NCBI GenBank assembly: GCA_963847445.1
Contig: CAWJZV010000006.1
Span: 128,001 to 192,000 of the forward strand
Source of the DNA: an uncultured delta proteobacterium
GTDB lineage: Bacteria; Desulfobacterota; Binatia; UBA9968
Direction: 5' to 3'
Length of the DNA stretch: 64,000 bases
Shown: positions 54,472 through 64,000 of the stretch, piece after piece
How the letters are laid out: each line of letters begins with the position of its first letter
Numbering within the stretch: position 1 is the stretch's first letter
Position numbers and translations under genes: made by a program
The notes under the pieces: generated by a model
What the model was told of the DNA's origin: nothing
What the model saw: only the letters and a program-made list of their open reading frames with translations
The model's database searches: none

Positions 54472-55524
54472 ATGAAAGAACGAGTGCTTTTGCTTACGCT
54501 GATTTTCTGTTTTCCAATGTTACTTCCGAACATCGCTCCCAAAGCCGGAGCGCAGGGCGATCAGTTTTATAAGGGAAAGACCATTCGCATCATGGTGGGT
54601 TCGACGGCCGGTGGATTTTATGACCGGTGGGGCCGTCTGTTCGGCAAGTACATGAGCAAGTATATTCCCGGCCAGCCCGAGTTCGTCGTGCAAAATATGA
54701 CCGGTGCCGGCTCCGTGATCGCCGCCAACCACGTATTCAACGTCGCGAAACCGGACGGTCTGACCCTGGTGATGCCGCTCAACGGCGTCTACATCGACCA
54801 GTTTGTCGGCCGTAAGGAAGTCCAGTTCGATATGCGCAAGTTCCGATTCATCGGCAGTCCGGTGACTGAAGCCATCGTCTTCTACATGCGCGCCGACGCT
54901 CCCTACAAGTCCATCGCGGAGATCATCAAAGCGAAAGAGCCGCCCAAGTGCGGCGGCAGCGGCACCGCGAGCAGCGATTTTATCCTGTCCAAAGTGTTGG
55001 AGGAGACGGTGGGGGCGAAGTTCAACACGGTGTTGGGCTATGCCGGCGGCACCGAGATCGATCTGGCGGTGGAGAAAAACGAGGTGGTTTGCCGCGCGCA
55101 CAGCATGTCCGCCCACTTTGGCCGGGAACCCTTCGATACCTGGCACAAGCGGGGTTTCGACCGGCATCTCGTTTACACCTCCAGCAAAAAGGATCCGCGT
55201 GTCACCGACGCGCCGACGCTCAACGAACTCTTTGATCAATACAAGGTGCCGGCAAGCAGCCGCCGTCTCGCGCAGGTGCTTTTGGCGGCCGGGGATTTCG
55301 GCCGGCCGATGATGGTGACGCCGGGCACCCCGCCCGACCGAGTCAAGATGCTGAGAGACGCCTTTGTCAAAACCTTGAGCGACCCCGAAGTGATTGAGGA
55401 AGCGAAAAAAGGGCGGATGGATATAGACCCCGCGACCGGTGAAGAGCTGGAAAAATTAGTAAAAGAGATTTTTGACTCTCCGCCGGACGTCGTCGAGCGG
55501 GTGAAGAAAATTCTCGCCAACTGA
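54472..55524 (+). CDS. Bug/TctC substrate-binding protein
   Basis: FYKGKTI, GG.YD, KYIPG.P, NMTGAGS, KPDGLT, GYAGG, PGTP. Confidence 0.9.
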   Translation: MKERVLLLTLIFCFPMLLPNIAPKAGAQGDQFYKGKTIRIMVGSTAGGFYDRWGRLFGKYMSKYIPGQPEFVVQNMTGAGSVIAANHVFNVAKPDGLTLVMPLNGVYIDQFVGRKEVQFDMRKFRFIGSPVTEAIVFYMRADAPYKSIAEIIKAKEPPKCGGSGTASSDFILSKVLEETVGAKFNTVLGYAGGTEIDLAVEKNEVVCRAHSMSAHFGREPFDTWHKRGFDRHLVYTSSKKDPRVTDAPTLNELFDQYKVPASSRRLAQVLLAAGDFGRPMMVTPGTPPDRVKMLRDAFVKTLSDPEVIEEAKKGRMDIDPATGEELEKLVKEIFDSPPDVVERVKKILAN

Positions 55525-55860
55525 GCGGTATCGGAGTAAAGGCTTTTGCAGAATGTGTCCGGCTTCTGAGGCTGGTGCGAGATCTTGAATCAAGCGCTTA
55601 TCGTTCGTCGCGGCGCGTCGTTTCGTTCTACTCCCTCGAACCCGGGTGAAACGAAACTGCGCGCCGCCTCGCTTGATGGTTTTTCGATCAAGAAGTAAGC
55701 GGCAAACGTGTTCACGGAAATCGCCGACGGCAAAGGAACGCGCACAATCAAATAAGCACTCTCTGATATCGTTTTCACATACTGTACCGGCGTCAGAATT
55801 TCTCACGCCGAAGAATAGTCTGAACAGTGAGCCGATTGCGAATGCCCGATGAGGAAAAAC

Positions 55861-56991
55861 TCAAAAGCCCAAGATCTTGAACTGAACCGTTCCGGTGAGA
55901 TTTGTCTGCTGGTGGTCCGGCGCAGTGAGCCGGGATTCGTTCTTGTATTCCAGTTGCAACGACACCGATTGCTCGCCCAAGAAAGACTTACCGAGTTTCC
56001 AATTCAAGCCCGTGGCGGCATTTACAAGCGATCCCGCTCTGAGCGGGTCTTCGCTCGAGTCTCGGGCGTAAGAAGCTCGTCCGATCCATTGCAGGTCGCG
56101 AGAAGGCGTATAGGTTAGACCGAAGCCGGCCGAACAAGTATCGGTCTTGAGGCTCGTGATCGGCGCCCATTCCTGCTTGAAGCTCACGTTGGGCTCAAGC
56201 GTAAGCAGCGACGTGAACCGGTAGGCGAAAGACAGTCCATGGCTAAGCGCAAGAGTTTTTTGATCTAAATGTTCGTTGTTCGCCATCGTTGAATAACTCG
56301 ACGACAATGCCGCGTTCCAGCCCGGTTTGTTCAGGTAAAAGGATGTCGCCGTCGTTCTGGTAAGGGTCAACTGGCGGGTATCGAAGTTGTCTTCCGACAT
56401 TTCCCCGACGGCACCGCGCACCCGGTATGGACCCAAGTCATATTCCGCCCAGATTTGACTTTCGTCGCGAGCGTGCTCCGTCTTCAAGCCAGCGGGCGAT
56501 ACGTAACCGCGACCGGAAGAACGAGTGGACAACCCATAACCTAACTTTTCCCAGCGTCCGTGCACTCCTAACCGGGTCATCATGGGTAGTCGATCACTTG
56601 ATGGCGGGATGCCCAGCGTGCTGTAAGCGGCTTCGGCCTCGCCGACGAGTTTCCCGCCAAATTGTGATGACACGGCGAGTAAATCGGCATATTTCCCCAA
56701 CCACATCGGATCGCTCGCGCTGCCGAGGGCCGCGGGTTCCTGGATACGCTTCTCAAAGTAGGACGCTTTTACTTCGAGCAACTTGCGGCCGAACTCCAAG
56801 GCAAAATTTACCTTCGACAACGGTGCAGTGGCATCTATTTGTACTCCATTGATGCCGGCGAACGCATTTGGAAAGAGCGCTGTCGCTTCGGAAATTTCCG
56901 AGGGAAACGTACCGGACACCTCTGCTTGTGCGAATGCCAAGGTGCGGCAAAGGCACGAGACGAGGAAAAGCAGTGAGGTAAGCCTGATCAC
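55861..56991 (-). CDS. Secreted hypothetical protein, probable outer-membrane beta-barrel
   Basis: Signal peptide, alternating amphipathic strands, C-terminal Phe. Confidence 0.65.
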   Translation of the reverse strand: MIRLTSLLFLVSCLCRTLAFAQAEVSGTFPSEISEATALFPNAFAGINGVQIDATAPLSKVNFALEFGRKLLEVKASYFEKRIQEPAALGSASDPMWLGKYADLLAVSSQFGGKLVGEAEAAYSTLGIPPSSDRLPMMTRLGVHGRWEKLGYGLSTRSSGRGYVSPAGLKTEHARDESQIWAEYDLGPYRVRGAVGEMSEDNFDTRQLTLTRTTATSFYLNKPGWNAALSSSYSTMANNEHLDQKTLALSHGLSFAYRFTSLLTLEPNVSFKQEWAPITSLKTDTCSAGFGLTYTPSRDLQWIGRASYARDSSEDPLRAGSLVNAATGLNWKLGKSFLGEQSVSLQLEYKNESRLTAPDHQQTNLTGTVQFKILGF

Positions 56992-57338
56992 AGCGTTTGA
57001 ACCGCGACGCGTGCAAGGACGAGACCGGCTGCGGAAAAGAAAAATGGCCAGATCTAACTACTCCACCGGGCGAGTGGCTAAACGACTGCCCTATACCGAA
57101 TCGAAATGGATGTCTGATCGAGATGCGGCAACGAACCAGCAAAGTCGCAGCAGAAATGCTACTGCGATGCGGTAAAAAAGTCTAGATTTTTTTGGCCGAG
57201 GCAAAAATTTATTGTCGTGAGCAAATCACGGGTGATAAATTAGGCAGCCGGCCCATTAGTTAGGCACGTCACGGCGTGATTTCATGCACCGGGCTTGTGA
57301 AATCAAATGAATCTGCATGGCAGTTTCTCCTCCGGCAT

Positions 57339-57354
57339 CGGCATGGCAGTTGCT
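57339..57354 (+). promoter_or_regulatory. Putative sigma54 (-24/-12) promoter
   Basis: cGGCATggcagTTGCt with exact GG-N10-GC spacing, about 100 nt upstream of the phosphorylase gene. Confidence 0.55.
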
Positions 57355-57452
57355 CTTTAATAGCGCCTTCTCGTAAAACTATTGTCGAAGGGGCTTGATC
57401 CGTAGCCCCAGTGTATGGTGAAAAGTAAAATGACCGCGAAGGGATTTAGACC

Positions 57453-60115
57453 TTGAGCCAAACCAAACCCGCGCTGCTTGATGCGGATTACGTTTTGACG
57501 TTGGAAGAAATCGCCGCATTGGCAGCCGAAGGCGGCAAGCCGGCGGAAACTTTGATGAACGTCGTCGCGTTGATCGCTAAGAGATTCCAGACCGACGTAT
57601 GTTCGGCGTATTTACTCGAGCCGGATCGCGCCAACCTGGTCCTGGCCGCCACGCTTGGACTTCGACCGCAATGTATCGGCACCCTGCGCATGCCGATCCA
57701 TGAAGGGCTATCCGGCCTGGTGGCGGAGGAAGTGCGCCCGATCGCGGTGCAGCAAGTGAGAAATCATCCACGCTTCAAATATTTTAAAGAAGCTGGCGAA
57801 GAGGCTTACCAGTCGTTCCTCGGCGTCCCGCTCGTCGATCGGGGAGTCTTGCAGGGAGTCCTGGTCGTCCAAACCATCGAGGATCGTAGTTTTCGAGACG
57901 TCGAAATCCGCATGATGGCCGAGGCCGCCGCGCAGCTTGCGCCGGTGATCTCTGAAGCGCGCACTCTGGCGCGCTTCATCGCGCCGCTTCAGGAGCGGCT
58001 CTGGTCGCTGGCGCGCAATCTCTGGTGGAGTTGGGATCAGGACTCTGTCAACGTGTTTCTCGACCTCGACCCGACGCAATGGCGCCAGCTCAATCACAAT
58101 CCAGTCACGCTGCTTGGCGAGATGCCCTTAGCGGGGATCGAGCGCCGGGCCCGGGAGCTCGTGCTGCACGGCCGGATCAATTACGCCTACCGGCGCCAGC
58201 AGGAATATCTCCAGGCGGATCGCACCTGGGGGGCGAACCACGCGGGCGTGCTGCGGCCGCGTCCGGTGGCCTATTTTTCCGCCGAGTTCGGCTTGCATGA
58301 ATCGATTCCGATTTATTCCGGTGGACTCGGCGTTTTGGCCGGCGATCACATCAAGAGCGCCTCGGATCTCGATATCCCGCTGGTCGGCGTCGGGCTATTT
58401 TACAGCCACGGTTATTTTCGCCAGCAGCTCGATCTCAACGGCTGGCAGCAAGAAGTGTATCTCCAAACCGACGTGAATGAACAGCCGATGGAACCGGCGA
58501 TCGGCGCCAATGGCGAGCCGGTCACCGTGCAAATCGAGACCCGCGGCAGCTCGATCAAAGCCAAAGTTTGGCGCATGAAAGTCGGCCGCTGCGACCTGTT
58601 GCTGCTCGACTCAAACGTAGAAGGCAACACGCCGGAAGATTTGCAACTCACGGCGAACCTGTACGGCGGCGACGCGCGCATGCGCATCCGCCATGAGTTG
58701 CTGCTCGGCGTCGGCGGTTTTCGCGCGCTGAGAGCGATGGGCATCACGCCGAGCGTGCTGCACATGAACGAAGGCCACAGCGGTTTCGCCGTGCTCGAAG
58801 CGATTCGCACCCGCATGGAGGACGAGGGGTTGAGCTTCGATCAAGCGGCGCCGCGGGTTTCGCGCCAGGTGGTTTTCACGACTCACACCCCGGTGCCGGC
58901 GGGCCATGACCGCTTTCACTCCGACCTGATGGAGGAACATCTCGGACCGCTGCGCGAGCAGCTTGGCTTGTCGCACGATCGACTGATGGCGCTTGGACGG
59001 GAAAATCCCGGCAACGCTTACGAGGAGTTTTGCATGACCGTGCTGGCGCTTAAACTCTCGCGCCGCGCCAATGCCGTATCGGCTTTGCACGGCGAAGTGT
59101 CGCGCAATATGTGGACTGGACTCTATCCGGGCAAGCCGGAAGACGCCGTGCCGATCGGCCACATCACCAACGGCGTGCACGTCCCCACCTGGCTGGCGCC
59201 GCAAATGTTCCGGCTCTATGACCGCCATTTCGGCAGCGGCTGGCACCAGCACGGCGCCGAGGGGCGCATTTGGGAAGCGATCGAGTCGGTCGACGACGGC
59301 GAGCTTTGGGAAACCCACCTGAGCTTGAAGTCGCGGTTGATCGAATTCGTCCGCCAACGCGCCGTCGAGCAGGCCGAGCGCCGCGACGAGCCGCCGCAAA
59401 ACCTGCGCCGAATCGCCCGAGTGCTGAGCCCGGACGCGCTCACCATCGGCTTCGGGCGCCGCTTCGCCACCTACAAGCGAGCCAATCTGCTACTGAAGGA
59501 CATCGAAATGCTCGCTTCGATGGTCAACGATCCGAAGCGCCCGGTGCAATTCGTTTTCGCCGGCAAGGCGCACCCGCACGACGAACCCGGCAAGCGGGTC
59601 TTGCAGCAGATCGCCGAGTTGATGCGCAATCCGGAGTTCGCCGAAAAGTTCGTGTTCGTCGAGGACTACGACATCAACGTCGGCCGCCATTTCGTCCAAG
59701 GCGTCGATGTGTGGCTGAACAATCCGCGCCGGCCGTTGGAAGCCTCCGGGCACCAGCGGCATGAAAGTGGTTTTGAACGGCGGGCCTGAATCTCTCCGTC
59801 CTCGACGGCTGGTGGGCCGAAGCTTACGACGGGCTGAATGGTTTCGCCATCGGCACCGGCAAGACCCATACGAACATGGATGTTCACGATACCCGCGACG
59901 GCGAAGACTTGTACAAGACCTTGCGCGAAGAAGTGATCCCGCTGTACTACCAGCGCGACCGCGACGGCCTGCCGCGCGGCTGGATCAAGCGCATGAAGCG
60001 CACCATCCGCACCCTGGGCTGGCGCTTCAACGCCGATCGCATGGTGATGGACTACACGACGAAGTGCTACGTCCCCGCCGCCGGCGGCACGTCGAGCGAT
60101 ATGAGCCCGACGTAG
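57453..60115 (+). CDS. glgP: GAF domain fused to alpha-glucan (glycogen) phosphorylase; two frameshifts near 59750 and 59785
   Basis: N-terminal VCSAYL...EGLSGLVA...HPRFKY...SFLGVPL GAF; AYFSAEFG, YSGGLGVLAGD, NEGH, FTTHTP, RRFATYKR, AGKAHP; PLP motif EASGTSGMK restored across the frameshift. Confidence 0.92.
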
Positions 60116-60488
60116 GGCGGGTGAGATCCGCGCTGCGCTTTATTTGCTTCCTTGTCGTTCCGACCCATCAGGCTCAGGACTACCAAGCTTTTCTTGCCAT
60201 CCTTGCGCTAGCGAAAGCGCGGCAGCACCCGGTTAAGCGGTATTGCCGTTTCGTCGATGCCGAATCATTTTCATTTTGTGATCGAGTCGTCACATCACCG
60301 AGCATGGCCCTGGTGTTCATTTTTCGTAAAGCGGGCGACGTCGAGCAGAACGTTTCGATGTCATAGCTTTACTCCGGTTAGTGGCTTGAATCGTAGATGC
60401 CGCATCCAAGCCACTCTTGGCCGCTCTCACTCTGAGAGGTGCTTTTTAATGGCTGGATCTCAAACCGAGAATGCTCTGTTGGGAGATA

Positions 60489-61127
60489 TTAGACGAGATT
60501 CTTCTCTTGGGCGTAGCGCGTGAGTTTGGTTCGACTATCCAGATCGAGCTTCTGATAAATGTTGTGCAGATGTATCTTGACCGTTCCTTCAGAGATGAAG
60601 AGCCGCTTTGCTATCTCTATATTACGCAGGCCCGCGGCCACCTCCTTAACGATTTCTATCTCCCGGCCCGTCAGAATCTGAGCGGCTTCCTGCCTTCCGG
60701 ACTCGCGCCGGATTAGTTTTTGTAACGCCGTAGTCACCGAGTGCTTCTCCAGCCAGAGCCCGCCTGCGTGCACCTCGCGGACGCATTGTATCAGGAGTTT
60801 GGGGGCTAGTTCTTTTAGCACCAGGCCACGTACCCCAAGACGAATAGCCTCGACCACCTCTTCCTCATCAACTGCGGCCGTAAGAAGCACTACAGGTGTG
60901 GTTATATTTTCATCTCTCATCGCCTGAAGCACCGCGAGGCCGCCTTTGCCAGGCATGCGGATATCGAGGATTAAAATATCCGGGTTGTGTTTGCGCAACG
61001 CGGTCAGAGTCTCCTCGCCGTCGAGGCAGCGGGCCATGATCTTGAGGTCTTTCTCAAGACTGAAGAGCTTCTCTAAGCCGTCAAGGATCAGAGCGTGATC
61101 GTCTGCAAGTATCAGACTAATAGACAT
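60489..61127 (-). CDS. NarL/LuxR-family response regulator
   Basis: LADDH, LDIRMP (phospho-Asp), LTGRE...N.EIA..L.ISEGTVK.H. Confidence 0.95.
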   Translation of the reverse strand: MSISLILADDHALILDGLEKLFSLEKDLKIMARCLDGEETLTALRKHNPDILILDIRMPGKGGLAVLQAMRDENITTPVVLLTAAVDEEEVVEAIRLGVRGLVLKELAPKLLIQCVREVHAGGLWLEKHSVTTALQKLIRRESGRQEAAQILTGREIEIVKEVAAGLRNIEIAKRLFISEGTVKIHLHNIYQKLDLDSRTKLTRYAQEKNLV

Positions 61128-61128
61128 C

Positions 61129-62829
61129 TCAATTATCACGCATTGAAAGCGGCAGCATGATTTCAAGCCGCGCGCCAGATTCGCCGGAATGGATGATCAG
61201 CGAGCCCGCCAGAGAAGCGATTCTGCTTTTGAGCATGGTGGGCCCGATCCCTAAAGCGGTTAGCGTAGCCTCATCGTAGCAACCGCGAAAGGGAAACCCC
61301 ACACCGTTATCGCAAACGCTGATACGGACCTGATGATTTTCGACCTCTACCTGCGCGCGCGCCACCGAGCCCCGTGAATGGCGGGCGGCATTGATCAGCG
61401 CTTCCCGTACAACACGATAAATCTCGCGCCCCATGGCGGCTTGTACGTGCGCATCCGAGCCAGTTATTGTTAGTTCGACGTGAAAACCCCATTGCCGCTC
61501 CACCCTCGTGGCTAACTCGCCAAGCAGATGGCCGACTTTAAAATCGGTCTCGCTCTGAGGTAGCGTGGTAAGCTTCAATTCCTCGACAAAAGAGCGCAGA
61601 TCGCATTGCTCTTGAAAAATCAAATCTTGAAGCGCTCCTAACTGGACTCGAACTGCATCGGGATTTGCGTCTAGGACTTGCAGCGCGGCCTGGAGTTGAA
61701 GTCCAGTGGCGGTGAGCGACTGGAGCACCCCGTCGTGCAGATCGTGGGCAAGCCGCATGCGCTCCTCCCGGACCGCCAGCTGCTGAAGTCGCTGCAAGAA
61801 ATAAAAGTGATCCATGCTTACTGCTGCTTGCCCGGCCACAACATCCGCCAGCATGATGTCGTCCGAGGTCGGGGAAGCTTTGTCCAGGAAGAAAAGTCGT
61901 CCCTTCAGGTTTTCGCCAATAATGCTTACGGATAGAAGGCTCTTCATACTAAAACGCTCGACTAACTTTCGGGTCACGGGCTCTCCGTGCCAATGTTGAA
62001 CTTCAGACGAAGACGCGTCAACGATCACAGCCGTGGAAGTCCGGACATCTTGGCAGAAGAAACTCTTCCCCTCCAACGATGGGGCGATTATGGAATCGAA
62101 GCTTCCCAGCGGTTCGCGGCTCCACTGTGGCTGGCCGTTGGAAACTGCAACCACATGAAGCCAGGGTTCCTCCGACTCCTCCCAGATCAGCAGAAGGCGC
62201 GGAGCCTTAATGATGGCGCCCGCTTGTTCCAAGGCTTGATTGACAACTTTTTCGAGCGCAAGAAGCGGCGTACGTGACCATGCGGCAAGCTGTGCGAGCT
62301 GATTGCGCCGCTGCGACTCATAGGCCCCCAAATAGCCAAGCAGAGCCGCCACCACGGCCAGGTAGACGCTGCGAATGATAAATCGATCGATCTCAAAGGC
62401 CGGATCCTGGAGGATTTCACTCGCATAAAATCCAATTCCAAGAAATGCCGCGAGAACCGCTGCCGCGGTCCACAGGGTGCCCCGCCAGTGCCAGCGCAAG
62501 GTGGCGCAGACTATCGCAAAAACGAAATAAGCAAAAAAAGGGCTGGTCGGCCCTTCGATGAAATACATGAAAAGAGAGAAGATAATCAGATCAACGATGT
62601 GCGTCGCAACTCGGAGGCGGACCAGAGCACCATGAGAGGCCCAGACGACGATGAGCACAACCGCCGCATAAAGCACGTAAGCGATTAGCAAAGGGTAGGC
62701 AATGCTGGCATATCTGGAAGGCGTTGTCGGATCGAGCCAGATCGCTAGCAGAGAGAACGAGGCTAGCACCACCCGGCCGGCAGCGATGAGGCGTTCGGTT
62801 CGCCCCTCGAAAGAAAAGTTCAGATCCAT
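61129..62829 (-). CDS. Membrane-bound sensor histidine kinase (HisKA_3)
   Basis: About 6 TM helices, GAF-like region, EERMRLAHDLHD H-box, EALINAARHS N-box, DNGVGF. Confidence 0.92.
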   Translation of the reverse strand: MDLNFSFEGRTERLIAAGRVVLASFSLLAIWLDPTTPSRYASIAYPLLIAYVLYAAVVLIVVWASHGALVRLRVATHIVDLIIFSLFMYFIEGPTSPFFAYFVFAIVCATLRWHWRGTLWTAAAVLAAFLGIGFYASEILQDPAFEIDRFIIRSVYLAVVAALLGYLGAYESQRRNQLAQLAAWSRTPLLALEKVVNQALEQAGAIIKAPRLLLIWEESEEPWLHVVAVSNGQPQWSREPLGSFDSIIAPSLEGKSFFCQDVRTSTAVIVDASSSEVQHWHGEPVTRKLVERFSMKSLLSVSIIGENLKGRLFFLDKASPTSDDIMLADVVAGQAAVSMDHFYFLQRLQQLAVREERMRLAHDLHDGVLQSLTATGLQLQAALQVLDANPDAVRVQLGALQDLIFQEQCDLRSFVEELKLTTLPQSETDFKVGHLLGELATRVERQWGFHVELTITGSDAHVQAAMGREIYRVVREALINAARHSRGSVARAQVEVENHQVRISVCDNGVGFPFRGCYDEATLTALGIGPTMLKSRIASLAGSLIIHSGESGARLEIMLPLSMRDN

Positions 62830-63289
62830 AAAAGCAAATGATTCTACTTTTCCGGGGCGACGAGAGTCAACGACCCGAGGCACGACTGTCGTGCCGAAGG
62901 GTTGCAAGCACAAGCGAGTCACTGAATCAGCAGTCCTAGCACTTGGGTTTGAGGGTCCGCTCAGCGCGCTAACAGACTCTCCGCACCGTGACGTACGCAT
63001 ACGCGTTGCGCGTGCCCCCCTGCTCCCACACATTGCCATAACCTCACTGGATGGGCTTACGAGCCTCCTCTTGGGTCAATAACCTATATATCTAAAGTTA
63101 TAGAAAAATATCGCCCATGCTCAATTGTGCGCTTCTGGTGTAAATTCTAAAATCACTGGCATCGATTGTAACACGCCGACGAACCCGGAGCTCGGCGCTC
63201 GCCAACATGGAAAAAGCGAATGAAATCGCTGCGCACCGCGTAACGACCCGAGGTTGGTCAATGATTGAGACAGGATTAGGGGAAATTAT

Positions 63290-63727
63290 ATGTATGATGG
63301 ATTGGGTGAAAAGCTGCTGGTCAAGTCAGACGTTCTCTTAATGTTTCGCGTTACCAAGCTGGAATGGGCCAAAGCCGCTTCCGGCCTGGCTGCGCCCGGA
63401 TGGTCAATTCGCTATGCGGCTCATAATACCGGGGCGGAAGTGATTGGAGTGAGTCCGTATACTGGGGCTGGTCTGTCCATTCGGCCTTTCTTCGTGAATG
63501 AGACCGCTACGCCGGAATCAATAGTTATTGTCAACGTTTTGCCTCCGGGAACCTCGACATCAATGACTGCGAGTGGGAGAAAAGAGATGGAATCACTGGC
63601 GCAACAGGAACTCGGCCCCGCGTATTCGGTGACTCTCAAGCACAAGATCAATGCAAATTTGCAAACGGTTATTGAATTTTGGATTACCAAGGCATTGAGG
63701 AAAGCTGCTCAAATCGCTCAATGCTAA
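63290..63727 (+). CDS. Hypothetical protein
   Basis: 145-codon ORF after a GGGGG SD-like sequence; no recognisable motif. Confidence 0.45.
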   Translation: MYDGLGEKLLVKSDVLLMFRVTKLEWAKAASGLAAPGWSIRYAAHNTGAEVIGVSPYTGAGLSIRPFFVNETATPESIVIVNVLPPGTSTSMTASGRKEMESLAQQELGPAYSVTLKHKINANLQTVIEFWITKALRKAAQIAQC

Positions 63728-64000
63728 AGTGTAATTACTCACGTTTGCCAACGATCTAAACTTGTCCCCAGCGACACTCTATATCGTCACCGATGCCTGG
63801 TGCATGGCAAAAAGCTTCGTACTCACTTAACAAGCCCCATAACATGTTTTCAAAAAAAGCCTCGGCGTGCAAATTGTCCGACTTCTGTCCGAGAACTGCG
63901 GCCCAAGTGACGCAAACAAGCCCAACGATCAGAACGTTGCGCAGCCCAAATCATTGCGAATGCTTGGGTCTTCTTGGTTAGTGTTTCGATCATCACTCGA

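Noticed and set aside
55590-55778. 62-aa ORF downstream of the beta-barrel gene
   Set aside because: No clear SD or motif; cannot be distinguished from a chance ORF
63078-63106. CTATA...TATAG palindrome as an autoregulatory site for the NarL-type system
   Set aside because: Short AT-rich palindrome with no convincing second copy to define a motif

Overview
GC-rich bacterial chromosome segment. The gene content (several Bug/TctC and other solute-binding proteins, amidohydrolase, deltaproteobacterial-like housekeeping genes) suggests a Binatia/Deltaproteobacteria-like organism; this is an inference. In order, the window holds: a Lon-like protease end, HtrA, an SDR and two acyl-CoA dehydrogenases around a TumE-like toxin-antitoxin pair; a cobalamin uptake/salvage locus (cobS-like, AEC transporter, riboswitch, tonB, second riboswitch, btuB-btuF-btuC-btuD-cobQ); a rearranged origin-type block (gyrB-gyrA-gpsA-rpmH-rnpA-yidD-yidC-jag) followed by ispG-proS-pyrF; and a ~30 kb accessory region (catabolic enzymes, solute-binding proteins, heme peroxidase, SelO, GAF-fused glucan phosphorylase, NarL-type two-component system). 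Many single-base frameshifts fall in conserved genes, including gpsA, and most likely reflect uncorrected sequencing indels. Best leads: (1) a bacterial SelO whose C-terminal Cys codon is an in-frame TGA followed by a SECIS-like hairpin (probable selenoprotein); (2) a PtsP-type GAF domain fused to glycogen phosphorylase behind a sigma54-like promoter; (3) two decayed duplications of gene 3' ends that bracket inserted DNA; (4) a cobalamin riboswitch with a 62-nt hairpin insertion; (5) a CobS homolog lacking the conserved CobS motifs; (6) rnpA with no canonical start codon. No rRNA, tRNA, CRISPR array or transposase was recognised.
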